Source of the DNA: Fibrobacter succinogenes | Lineage (GTDB): Bacteria; Fibrobacterota; Fibrobacteria; Fibrobacterales; Fibrobacteraceae | Direction of reading: 5' to 3' | DNA: 64,000 nt | NCBI GenBank assembly: GCA_902768715.1 | Contig: CACXMH010000013.1 | Location: 410 to 64,409, forward strand | Shown here: piece after piece, positions 1-8,473 of the stretch | How positions within the stretch are numbered: position 1 is the first letter of the stretch | Layout of the letters: each line of letters begins with the position of its first letter | The notes under the pieces: generated by a model | Database searches by the model: none | What the model was told of the DNA's origin: nothing | The model's input: only the letters and a program-made list of their open reading frames with translations | Program-made: the position numbers and the translations under genes

Positions 1-1
1 T

Positions 2-832
2 CAGGCTGGCAAAACAGGGTTGACCCCGGGCCAGGCTCAAATGCCTACAGGAAGTGCTGCAGGGGATCCTCGTATGGGTGTTGCTGCGCAGTCTTTCCCT
101 GGAACCAACAAGGGTACATCTCCGGCAGTGCTTAATCCCTCGGCTTCCATTACCACTAGCATATTGGACAACCATATGCAATTGGCCATTACTAACTTGA
201 TGGGCGATGCTTCTACTGAAGTACTTGCCAGCCCCCAGGTTTCTACTTTGGATAACACCGAAGCACAGGTGTTTATGGGTGATAAGATTTCCATTCGCGT
301 TATTGATGATGACGGCGAGTCTTCCACCCAGTTGGTAGAAACGGGTATTAAGCTGACGGTGACGCCTCATGTTTCTGGCGATAACCGCATTTTGTTGGAC
401 TTGCATCCTGAAAATAACTCCTATGACTATGACTCTAAGGGAGAAGTTGTCATTAGTACCCAGGAAGCAAAGACCAAGGTGGTTGTGGCCGATGGTGAAA
501 CTGTGGTTATTGGTGGTTTGACCCGTAACGAGACTCAAGAGTCTGAAAGCGGTATTCCGTTCCTCAAGGATATCCCGCTGTTTGGCAACTTGTTCAAGTA
601 TTCTCGTAAGGCTTTGATTAAGAAGGATCTGGTGATTTTTGTGACGCCTCGCATTATCCGTAACTACATTGGCAATGTGGATATTTCTGAGCCCGCTTCT
701 GAAAAGTCTGCTGCTCCCGAAGCAAAGAAGGTGGAACAGAAGCCCGCTCCTGCAAAGCAGGCCGATAAGCCCGCCGCTTCTAAGGCTCCGGCCGCCCCCG
801 CTCCTGCAAAGAACGATAGCGACTGGGATTAA
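2..832 (+). CDS. Secretin (GspD/PilQ family), C-terminal part; the 5' end lies outside the window
   Basis: The frame is open from the window edge. Secretin-domain motifs are present (ETVVIGGL, SGIPFLKDIPLFGNLF, DLVIFVTPRII), followed by an Ala/Pro/Lys-rich tail. Confidence 0.85.
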   Translation, partial: QAGKTGLTPGQAQMPTGSAAGDPRMGVAAQSFPGTNKGTSPAVLNPSASITTSILDNHMQLAITNLMGDASTEVLASPQVSTLDNTEAQVFMGDKISIRVIDDDGESSTQLVETGIKLTVTPHVSGDNRILLDLHPENNSYDYDSKGEVVISTQEAKTKVVVADGETVVIGGLTRNETQESESGIPFLKDIPLFGNLFKYSRKALIKKDLVIFVTPRIIRNYIGNVDISEPASEKSAAPEAKKVEQKPAPAKQADKPAASKAPAAPAPAKNDSDWD

Positions 833-854
833 AACCCTATTTGATTTTACTAAA

Positions 855-886
855 GAAAAAAGCTCGGCGTTGTCCGAGCTTTTTTG
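855..886. terminator. Bidirectional intrinsic terminator between convergent genes
   Basis: Hairpin AGCTCGG cgttgt CCGAGCT (861-880), flanked by an A-run upstream and a T-run downstream. Confidence 0.7.
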
Positions 887-895
887 CGTTAGGTT

Positions 896-2959
896 TTATT
901 CTTCGTATTTGACATTAACGGCAATCAGCTTTATTTCGCCAACCGTTGGCGTAAGCGTCACGACTTTGGAGTCAAAACCTTTGCCTTCTAGGTATTCGCC
1001 GATGGCATTGATTTTACCTTCTGGCCCGCTTACTTCTAGCGTAAAGTTATGCTTGCGCATGAGCATGATGGCATCGTTCAGGGCGGTATAGCTCGATGCT
1101 ATAAGGCGGTTGGAGTTTTTGAAGAACTTGATTTCCTTGGCGATAGAGCTTAGGTTCTGCTTGGTATTTCGGGCGCAACCATTTTCGTCAACTTTGACTT
1201 TTGGGAGCGTAGCGGGGCATTTGTCCAGGTGGTCGGGCACTCCGTCAAAATCGGAATCCATGATGCAACCCGAAGAATCCACTACGGCTCCGACAGGAGT
1301 TTTGGAGCATTGGTCTATAGCGTCTGGGACTCCGTCTTTGTCGGTGTCCAACGGACAGCCGTTTTTATCTACGGGATAGTCCTTTGGGGTTTCTGTGCAG
1401 TTGTCGTGCAGGTCGGAAACGCCGTCGCCGTCGGAATCTACAGGGCAACCGTCCTTGTTGACCGTTTCTCCAAGCTCTGTTCCCGGGCAGCTATCTACTT
1501 CGTCGGGAATACCGTCCCGGTCTTCGTCCATGGGGCAGCCGAAGGGGTTGACCTTCCAGCCTTCGGGTGTACCTGGGCAGGCATCGTTTTCGTTTTGCAC
1601 GCCGTCGTGGTCTTCGTCCAGAGGGCAGCCTTTTGCATCTACGGGGTCGTCTTTACGGGTGTTCGGGCATTGGTCTGCGTTGTCGTCGATTCCGTCGGCA
1701 TCAGTGTCCAGTTTGCAGCCGCTTGCATCTACGGCCATACCGGCCGGAGTGTTCTCGCAGGTGTCCTTGTAGTCAGGCACGCCATCCATGTCCTGGTCCA
1801 GGGGGCATCCTGAATAGTCCACTCTAACACCTAGCGGTGTTCCTGGGCAATCATCGACGATGTTCAGCACTCCGTCTTGGTCTTCATCTACGGGGCATCC
1901 GCGGTTGTTTACCACCATGTCACGGGCTGATCCCGGACACATGTCCAGACGGTCGGGCACTCCGTCGCGGTCGGCATCTTTCCAGCTGAAGTCTATGGCC
2001 TTGCTGATGCCAAGCGTCATAGAAATTTTGGGGCTTCCAGAAACATAGTACGATATTTCTTCTCCAGCGTTGTCGCGCTTTACCAGGTGCCCATTGCTTG
2101 TCTTTGCGCCTCTGAAATAATCCAGGCCTATATCTACACCGAACAGGAGATTGAATTCTTGGGGTAGGTGCAGTTTAATTGCTGGCGAAAAGCGGAAGGA
2201 ATCGTTGATCAGGTGGTCGCTGATTTTTGTCTTGGTAATTTTGGTCTCCCCGGAAACTTCAAGAATGACAGAAATTAGTTTGTGTGGAAAAAGATTGAGG
2301 CCCGTTCCCCACATCACGTATTCTGTGCTGAAGTTTCCGATGTAGTTGTTCCATTGTACAATATTGAACAACTCTAGCGTTAAGAAAAGTGTGGTGGCGA
2401 AGGACCATTCGCCGTAGGTGTAGGCGTGGGTCTTGCCGTCCTTAATGTTCCAGATGCGCCTAGGACGGAATCCGGCGTCCTTGGCGCCTGTGGGTGCAAA
2501 CAGCTCCAGCGATACCGCAGGCCTTATCGGAAAATCCGTGGGGAGAGAGGCCTTGCCGTATATTTGCATATCCCCGATTCCGGAGGTCTCGAAATCGGTT
2601 CCTTTTACTTGCCCGTCGTAATAGAGGGGCTGGTAAATGCCAAATTCAAAGAAATCCAGGGGGGCGTATGTGGCCTGAAACGCTCCGCCGACAGACGGTA
2701 TGTTGCTTGGGACATCGTGCATATTCCCAGTTCTGGTATTTTCAAAGCCGCCAATGGCCATGGGGGAGCCGTCGCTCAGGTTCTCGAAATTCCCAGAAAA
2801 GAAGAAAAAGCCCTGACCTAGGGTGGTGGACGAGGGTACTCTGAAACCGTCGCCGTTGCGGATTGCCCCGGTGTGCGAAAATGCGTAAGTCGTTGCCAGA
2901 CAAAGACTTATGAGCAGTTTTCTAGTATTCATCGCAAAAAATTTAATTTTTTTTCGCAA
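896..2959 (-). CDS. Outer-membrane protein with thrombospondin type-3 repeats and a degenerate OmpA-like C-terminal domain
   Basis: Signal peptide and a beta-barrel-like N-terminal half. Nine DxDxDGxxDxxDxCP calcium-binding repeats. The C-terminal alpha/beta segment lacks the usual GHTD-type OmpA motif. Confidence 0.8.
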   Translation of the reverse strand: MRKKIKFFAMNTRKLLISLCLATTYAFSHTGAIRNGDGFRVPSSTTLGQGFFFFSGNFENLSDGSPMAIGGFENTRTGNMHDVPSNIPSVGGAFQATYAPLDFFEFGIYQPLYYDGQVKGTDFETSGIGDMQIYGKASLPTDFPIRPAVSLELFAPTGAKDAGFRPRRIWNIKDGKTHAYTYGEWSFATTLFLTLELFNIVQWNNYIGNFSTEYVMWGTGLNLFPHKLISVILEVSGETKITKTKISDHLINDSFRFSPAIKLHLPQEFNLLFGVDIGLDYFRGAKTSNGHLVKRDNAGEEISYYVSGSPKISMTLGISKAIDFSWKDADRDGVPDRLDMCPGSARDMVVNNRGCPVDEDQDGVLNIVDDCPGTPLGVRVDYSGCPLDQDMDGVPDYKDTCENTPAGMAVDASGCKLDTDADGIDDNADQCPNTRKDDPVDAKGCPLDEDHDGVQNENDACPGTPEGWKVNPFGCPMDEDRDGIPDEVDSCPGTELGETVNKDGCPVDSDGDGVSDLHDNCTETPKDYPVDKNGCPLDTDKDGVPDAIDQCSKTPVGAVVDSSGCIMDSDFDGVPDHLDKCPATLPKVKVDENGCARNTKQNLSSIAKEIKFFKNSNRLIASSYTALNDAIMLMRKHNFTLEVSGPEGKINAIGEYLEGKGFDSKVVTLTPTVGEIKLIAVNVKYEE

Positions 2960-2964
2960 AGGTA

Positions 2965-2992
2965 TTGACTTTTTAAAGTTTATGTATACATT
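2965..2992 (+). promoter_or_regulatory. Sigma70-like promoter candidate (TTGACT, 16 nt, TACATT) in a divergent intergenic region
   Basis: TTGACT at 2965-2970 and TACATT at 2987-2992. Promoter rules for this lineage are not known to me. Confidence 0.25.
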
Positions 2993-3168
2993 TCCACTCG
3001 TGGAACCGAACCGAGAGACTAAATCAGGGCTCCCTCCCTGGCACAGAAAGGCCCAAAAGGCCTATCGAGTCAATAGGATCATCATCGTGCTCCAGATAGT
3101 GGCGTCTTTGGTGATGAGCGGGGTAATCCTGGTTGGAATCAGTCGTGTCCTGCACTGAGGAGAATTCT

Positions 3169-3372
3169 ATGTTGAACTATGCGTACCATTGCGGCCGTAG
3201 GCCGAAGAGTGATTCTTTCGATAATTCACTTCCTTTTCCCAACGAGGAAATCGAAGAGGAAATCGAGGAGGAGGAAGAAGAACTGGACGAAGAAGTCGAT
3301 TTTGACCAGCCGTCCTTCAAGCGTGACCAGATTTGGTCCGACTACGCCGAAGACCTGGATTACGACCAGTGA
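3169..3372 (+). CDS. Small, highly acidic hypothetical protein (67 aa; the ORF track extends it to 3133)
   Basis: GAGGAG is 6 nt upstream of the ATG at 3169. There is an EEIEEEIEEEEEELDEE tract. The stop TGA overlaps a GTG start of the next gene (GTGA). Confidence 0.4.
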   Translation: MLNYAYHCGRRPKSDSFDNSLPFPNEEIEEEIEEEEEELDEEVDFDQPSFKRDQIWSDYAEDLDYDQ

Positions 3373-5561
3373 TATGCCTTTCTAGGCATATCGTAGTACT
3401 AGGAACTTTTCTTTCGGCTATTCTGCTAGCCGCCTGTGCTCCGGCTCAGGCTCCAGTTGCAAATGATGTTCCTTCGGGCGGTCCTGTCGGCAAGCCCGAT
3501 TCTTTGGTGTATTCCGAAGACGGCCAGGAATCCTTTGCCCAGGTGGCCCTCCGGGAAAAGGTCCACGATTCCCTGGCGGTAAGGCCTTCTTGGACTTATT
3601 ACCAGTATGCCCTGGAGGCCATGGATAACCAGGAATGGCTCTTGGCCAGGCATTACCTGGACGAATCCCTGCGGCAGTTCATTGCCGAAAAGCACGACAC
3701 CCTTTACCACAACGTTCCCGAATCCGTTGATTCCATATACCGGGCGCAGATGCCGCTCCGCATTGTGGATGCCCTGGACGAGGTTTACCCCAACATTTCT
3801 GAAATCGGTGTAGATGCAGGGGTGTTCGAGCAGAACGAAGTGTCTATCGAGGGCGTGGACGCCCTGGACGAAAGCGTTGCGGATAGCGCTGCCCTGCAGG
3901 TTATCGAAAACTTCTTGGATACCATAGACGTGGCTCAGTTTACGCTGCCCGTGGTGTTCAACGAAAGGGTGATGCAAGAAATTTTCTACATGAGTGGCGG
4001 GGCCCGGTCCTTTACCGAAGGCTCCCTTAACCGCAAGACCGCCTACGACTCGTTAGTTTATTCTAAACTCGACGAGATGGGCATGCCCCGCGACCTGATT
4101 TACCTCGCCCTGGTGGAATCCGGTTTCAAGCTGAAGGCCTATAGCCGTGCCAAGGCCAGCGGCATGTGGCAGTTCATTCCGGAGACGGGCAAGCGCTACG
4201 GTCTTCAAGTCGATTATTGGGTGGACATGCGCCGCAATCCGGAGATGGCCACCACGGCTGCCCTCAAGTATCTGTCGCGCCTGTACAACGAATTCAACGA
4301 CTGGCTGTTGGCCATGGCCGCCTACAACTGCGGCGAGGGCCGCGTGCGCCGCTTGGTCAAGGAGAAGATGGCCGATTCTACCTGGGACACCACCCAGGTG
4401 GTGACCTACTGGGATCTGGAACTGCCCAAGGAAACCATGCGCTATGTGCCTCGTATTTTGGCCGCCATGGTGATAGGCCATTATCCTGAACAGTACGACA
4501 TGAAAATCAATCGGCAGTACAGGCCCGACTTTGATACGGTGACGGTTTTTGACTCTTTCCCGCTGGAGGAAGTGGCCAAGGTTTTGAAGGTTCCCGAAGA
4601 CACCCTGCGGAGCCTGAACATGGAACTGGTCAAGTGGTGCACGCCGCCCAACAGGGATTCTTACCTGCTTCGCCTGCCGGTGGGCACCCGCAGCGCCTTT
4701 GTTGATGGTTACGACAAGATGGAAAAGAACAACTTTTCTAGCTGGCACCACCACAAGGTCAAGCGGGGTGAAAGCTTGGGCGTGATTTCGCGGCAGTACG
4801 GCATTTCGGTGAAGGAACTCCAGCAGGCCAACGACATGAAGGGCACCCGCATTCGTGCGGGGCAGACCCTGCTGATTCCCATCAAGGTCACGCCCAAGAA
4901 ATCTACGGGCAAGAAACCTGCGAAGGTCAAGACCTATGTGGCCAAGTTGGGCGACAACGTGGCTACGGTGGCTCGGCTCTTTGGCGTATCTCAAGAAAGC
5001 ATCCGGGTGTGGAATTCCATGAAAGAGGACCACGTGGTGAATCCGGGGGATACCTTGTTCGTGTCCAAGCCGGAACTGAAGCCCGTGGTGCCCCAGGCGA
5101 GTTCGGCTCCGAAGCTTGCCAAGGGCGAACGCTACGTAGTGGGCGAGGGAGACACCTACGCCGAAATCGCGAAGAAGTTCGGCGTGCCTGTGGTGATGCT
5201 TCTGGAGGCCAACGGCGGCTACAGCCATCGCCTTTCGGTAGGGGATTCCCTGGTGATTCCGGAGTTTACCCAGACCGTGGTAAAGAACGCCCCGAAATCT
5301 TCTGAAAAGCAGGCCAAGGCGGACAAGTCTTCTAGCGAAAAGCCATCGGCCAAGCCGGCAAAGACCGCCGATAAGCAGGCGGGCTCGGCTAGCGCAAAGT
5401 CGGAAAAGCCTGCCAAGGAGCGGGTCCATGTGGTCAAGAAGGGGGAGGGCCTGTGGGACATTTCCCGCCAGTACGGCGTGACCATTGAGGACATTGTCCG
5501 CTGGAACGACCTCAAGGACACCAAAATCCGGATTGGTGACAAGCTCATCATCCGAAAATAA
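3369..5561 (+). CDS. Membrane-bound lytic murein transglycosylase (MltD-like) with four LysM domains; lipoprotein
   Basis: SLT-domain motifs are present (ESGF, ASGMWQFIPETG, AYNCGEGRV), with four LysM repeats in the C-terminal half. Starting at GTG 3369 gives a lipobox (LLAAC). The track start at 3333 would overlap the upstream ORF. Confidence 0.85.
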   Translation: MICLSRHIVVLGTFLSAILLAACAPAQAPVANDVPSGGPVGKPDSLVYSEDGQESFAQVALREKVHDSLAVRPSWTYYQYALEAMDNQEWLLARHYLDESLRQFIAEKHDTLYHNVPESVDSIYRAQMPLRIVDALDEVYPNISEIGVDAGVFEQNEVSIEGVDALDESVADSAALQVIENFLDTIDVAQFTLPVVFNERVMQEIFYMSGGARSFTEGSLNRKTAYDSLVYSKLDEMGMPRDLIYLALVESGFKLKAYSRAKASGMWQFIPETGKRYGLQVDYWVDMRRNPEMATTAALKYLSRLYNEFNDWLLAMAAYNCGEGRVRRLVKEKMADSTWDTTQVVTYWDLELPKETMRYVPRILAAMVIGHYPEQYDMKINRQYRPDFDTVTVFDSFPLEEVAKVLKVPEDTLRSLNMELVKWCTPPNRDSYLLRLPVGTRSAFVDGYDKMEKNNFSSWHHHKVKRGESLGVISRQYGISVKELQQANDMKGTRIRAGQTLLIPIKVTPKKSTGKKPAKVKTYVAKLGDNVATVARLFGVSQESIRVWNSMKEDHVVNPGDTLFVSKPELKPVVPQASSAPKLAKGERYVVGEGDTYAEIAKKFGVPVVMLLEANGGYSHRLSVGDSLVIPEFTQTVVKNAPKSSEKQAKADKSSSEKPSAKPAKTADKQAGSASAKSEKPAKERVHVVKKGEGLWDISRQYGVTIEDIVRWNDLKDTKIRIGDKLIIRK

Positions 5562-5660
5562 TGCAAAAAATCGCTTTTTTTTGAAAAAAATGTGTATTTT
5601 CCCGAAAAAAAGTGTAATTTTAGTGACAGAAAACGAAAAAACTATTACGGAGCCCCGAAA

Positions 5661-6401
5661 ATGAACAAAAAAATCCTTGGATTGTGCGCTATGGGCCTGC
5701 TTGCTGCCGGCCTTACCGCCTGTAACGATACGATGGACCCTAACGATCCCCAGTCCGTGCGTAAGTACTTGACGAAGCAGAAAATCGCCTTTACGCCGAA
5801 CCAGTTCGTGTCTTATGCGGTGAACAGCGATACCGCCAAGATGACCTTGTTCTTGCAGGCTTCTATGGAAATTGACGCCGCCGCCGACAACGGCAACAAC
5901 GCCGTGGCCATTGCCGCCAACAAGGGCAACGTGATGGTGCTGAACTATTTGTTCGACCACGGTGCAAAGGCTAACGTTCGTAACGGCAACGGTGAACAGG
6001 TGATTGACAACGCCGTGATGATGGGCAACAAGGAAGTGGTGACCCTGCTTCTGGCCCAGCTCAAGAAAGAAGGCGTAGATGTGCAGAACCTGGGCACGGC
6101 CGTGACCATTGCCGCCAAGACCGGCAAGGTGGACATGCTGGAACTGCTGGCCGACGCTGGCGCCCCCCTCGAAGTCAAGAGCCCCGATGGTTATTACCCG
6201 ATTCACCTGACGGTGAAGGGCGGTCACTACGACGCCATGATGTTCCTCATCAAGAAGGGCGTAGATGTGAACGTGAAGTGCGGCCAGGGCTATTCCGTGA
6301 TGGACTGGGCCAAGAACGAAGGCTACACCCGCCTGATCAAGGAACTGAAGAAGGCCGGTGCCAAGAACACCGCCGCCTACACCAAGGAATTCGGAAAGTA
6401 A
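5661..6401 (+). CDS. Ankyrin-repeat lipoprotein
   Basis: MNKKILGLCAMGLLAAGLTAC is a lipoprotein signal. It is followed by about 5 ankyrin-like repeats (e.g. GNNAVAIAANKGNVMVLNYLFDHGAKANV). Confidence 0.75.
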   Translation: MNKKILGLCAMGLLAAGLTACNDTMDPNDPQSVRKYLTKQKIAFTPNQFVSYAVNSDTAKMTLFLQASMEIDAAADNGNNAVAIAANKGNVMVLNYLFDHGAKANVRNGNGEQVIDNAVMMGNKEVVTLLLAQLKKEGVDVQNLGTAVTIAAKTGKVDMLELLADAGAPLEVKSPDGYYPIHLTVKGGHYDAMMFLIKKGVDVNVKCGQGYSVMDWAKNEGYTRLIKELKKAGAKNTAAYTKEFGK

Positions 6402-6422
6402 TTCCTGTCGATGTTTAAAAGG

Positions 6423-6451
6423 AAAAGTCCCGCAGAATGCGGGACTTTTTC
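6423..6451. terminator. Bidirectional intrinsic terminator
   Basis: AGTCCCGC agaat GCGGGACT with a 5' A-run and a 3' T-run, between convergent genes. Confidence 0.7.
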
Positions 6452-6513
6452 GTTGTGGTGTATGGAGATGCCCGCCATGACGATTTAGGGGGTGGCGCGC
6501 CGTTTTCCCTTAA

Positions 6514-6566
6514 GCGGATCCTCGCCTTGGTTCGACGCAGCTCACCACAGGTCGCGAGGATGACGT
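6514..6566. repeat. GGATCCTCGC...GCGAGGATGAC hairpin repeat (long-loop variant)
   Basis: The arms GGATCCTCGC and GCGAGGATGAC are separated by about 27 nt. A near-identical copy lies at 22567-22617. Confidence 0.8.
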
Positions 6567-6586
6567 TACCCGAGCCTCGTGCCCCT

Positions 6587-8473
6587 TTACAGCAGTTCTT
6601 CCAGGGTCTGGTAAAGGGTTTCGGCTTCGATGGGCTTGCTCAGGTGGGCGTTGAGGCCTGCCTGCAGGCTGTTCTGCACGTCTTCGTCGAAGGCGTTTGC
6701 GGTGAGGGCGATGATGGGGATGGTTTTCGCGTCTTCCCGGTCCATGGCCCGTATGGCGGCGGTGGCCTGCAGTCCGTCCATTTCGGGCATGCGAACGTCC
6801 ATAAGGATGGCATCGTAGTAGCCTGGCTTATGGTCCCTGAACATTTCTACCGCAATGCGTCCGTTTTCGGCATGCTCCACGTTGATTTTCCGCATAGAAA
6901 GAATCATGGTGGTGATTTCGGCGTTTACGGCAACGTCTTCGGCAAGCAGGATTTTGCGGCCTTCAAGGTCAACCTTCGGTTTGTCCGTTCCGTCCCCGTT
7001 TGCCGCGCCCTGTCCACGCTGTCCGGATTCTTTGCGGAAACTCTTTTGCAGCGTAACGGTAACGGTGAACTTTGAACCGAGTCCCTTTTCGCTTTCCACA
7101 TCGATGTGTCCGTCCATAAGTTCCACGAGGCTCTTGGTAATGGGCAGTCCCAGGCCCGTGCTCCCGTACTTGCTGCTAAAGGATTCGTCTTCTTGGGCGA
7201 AAGTTTCGAATATACGGGGCAAGAAATCGGCAGCGATTCCGATACCCGTATCTTCAATGATAAAGCGGAGGGTGCATTTCTTGTTGCTGGCGGGCTCGCT
7301 TTCTACGGTCATCTTGATGCCGCCTCCTTCGGGGGTGAACTTGACGGAATTCCCGAGGATGTTAATCAAGATCTGGCGCAGCTTCGTCTCGTCGCCGATG
7401 TAGTTGCCCAAGGCTCCCTCTTTCACCTCGTAATGGTAAAGGATGTCCTTGCTCTCGCATTGCCCCTGGATGATGTAGTTTACCTGTTCCAGGATTTTCG
7501 AAAGGGAAAACTCTTCGTTCTTGAGGGTCATGCTGCCGGAATCGATACGGCTGATGTCCAGGATGTCGTTGATGATGCCCAGCAGGTGCTGCGCCGACGC
7601 GCCGATTTTTTCCAGATGGTCCTTGGTGGACTTGGGAATGTTCTTGTCGGTCAGGGCGATGCTGTTGAGCCCGATGATGGCGTTCATGGGGGTGCGGATC
7701 TCGTGGCTCATCTTGGAGAGGAATATGGTCTTTGCCTTGTTCGCCTTTTCGGCGGTCTCTAGGGCCTCTTTCAGGGCCTCGCGGCTAACTTCAAGCTTGT
7801 GACGGTATTCTTCCTTTTCGTCTTCTAGCACATAGCTGTGCAAGAAACTGATGCCAAGCATGTATCCCATGGCGTAGAAGGGCCACAGCGGAAAGAAAAC
7901 CTGGAATAGGAGGAACACCGCCATGGCAAGGCCGAATAGCCCGATGGTCAGGTGCCGCTGCCGGACAACCCCCTCGGTTTTGGTGGTGGTGTACAGGGTG
8001 TAAATGGATGTCGAAAGGAACATGAGGATTTGCAGGGCCAGCGCCACATGGCGCATGTAACCGGTGTGGTAGCTTCCGTCGCTTTCGAACCAGAAAAACA
8101 CGGGGTAGAAGAAATTGAAGATGATGCCGGCAAGAACCAGCCAGAAAATGATTTGCCCTACATGCAGGAGCCATCGCTCAAAGAAGTTCTTGCGGTCGAG
8201 ATAGGAAACCACGTAGTGGGTCCACAGCATGACTGTGGCAATCATGGCCACAAAATAAACGGTAGTGTCTGCAAACAGGAGCTTGATAAGGTGGTACTCG
8301 TCCAGGATACCCCACAGCATGTCGGTCACGTAATACACAAGTACGCCAAAAAGGAATCGCCGGTAATACTTTTTGGTAGGGGCGTTTTCCGCTCCGTCCT
8401 GCGGGCGCAACACGTCGCGGTTACCGATAAGCAGCAGGATTGTTGCCAGAATGCCTATGATGGAGTATGTCAT
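6587..8473 (-). CDS. Hybrid sensor histidine kinase with a polytopic (about 7TM) membrane sensor domain and a C-terminal receiver
   Basis: The first ~230 aa are a hydrophobic multi-helix region. H-box [13 protein letters not shown]; N/G boxes NILGNSVKFT, DTGIGI, GSTGLGL; receiver ILLAEDVAVN...ILMDVRMPEMDG...LSKP. Confidence 0.9.
   Translation of the reverse strand: MTYSIIGILATILLLIGNRDVLRPQDGAENAPTKKYYRRFLFGVLVYYVTDMLWGILDEYHLIKLLFADTTVYFVAMIATVMLWTHYVVSYLDRKNFFERWLLHVGQIIFWLVLAGIIFNFFYPVFFWFESDGSYHTGYMRHVALALQILMFLSTSIYTLYTTTKTEGVVRQRHLTIGLFGLAMAVFLLFQVFFPLWPFYAMGYMLGISFLHSYVLEDEKEEYRHKLEVSREALKEALETAEKANKAKTIFLSKMSHEIRTPMNAIIGLNSIALTDKNIPKSTKDHLEKIGASAQHLLGIINDILDISRIDSGSMTLKNEEFSLSKILEQVNYIIQGQCESKDILYHYEVKEGALGNYIGDETKLRQILINILGNSVKFTPEGGGIKMTVESEPASNKKCTLRFIIEDTGIGIAADFLPRIFETFAQEDESFSSKYGSTGLGLPITKSLVELMDGHIDVESEKGLGSKFTVTVTLQKSFRKESGQRGQGAANGDGTDKPKVDLEGRKILLAEDVAVNAEITTMILSMRKINVEHAENGRIAVEMFRDHKPGYYDAILMDVRMPEMDGLQATAAIRAMDREDAKTIPIIALTANAFDEDVQNSLQAGLNAHLSKPIEAETLYQTLEELL

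Noticed and set aside
2910-3158. 82-aa ORF in the leader region upstream of the acidic small ORF.
   Set aside because: It starts inside the divergent promoter region, overlapping the start of the OMP gene. It has no ribosome-binding site and no recognisable features.
4053-6227. Very long antisense ORFs opposite well-supported genes. Examples: 4053-6227(-), 16495-17898(+), 18610-20502(+), 25992-27200(-), 39941-41677(+), 42913-44076(-), 44152-44982(-), 46128-47210(-), 62787-63773(+).
   Set aside because: Each fully overlaps a gene with clear family motifs on the other strand. Their translations are low-complexity (Arg/Gly/His/Val-rich) with no recognisable motifs. This is typical shadow-ORF behaviour in moderately GC-rich coding DNA.
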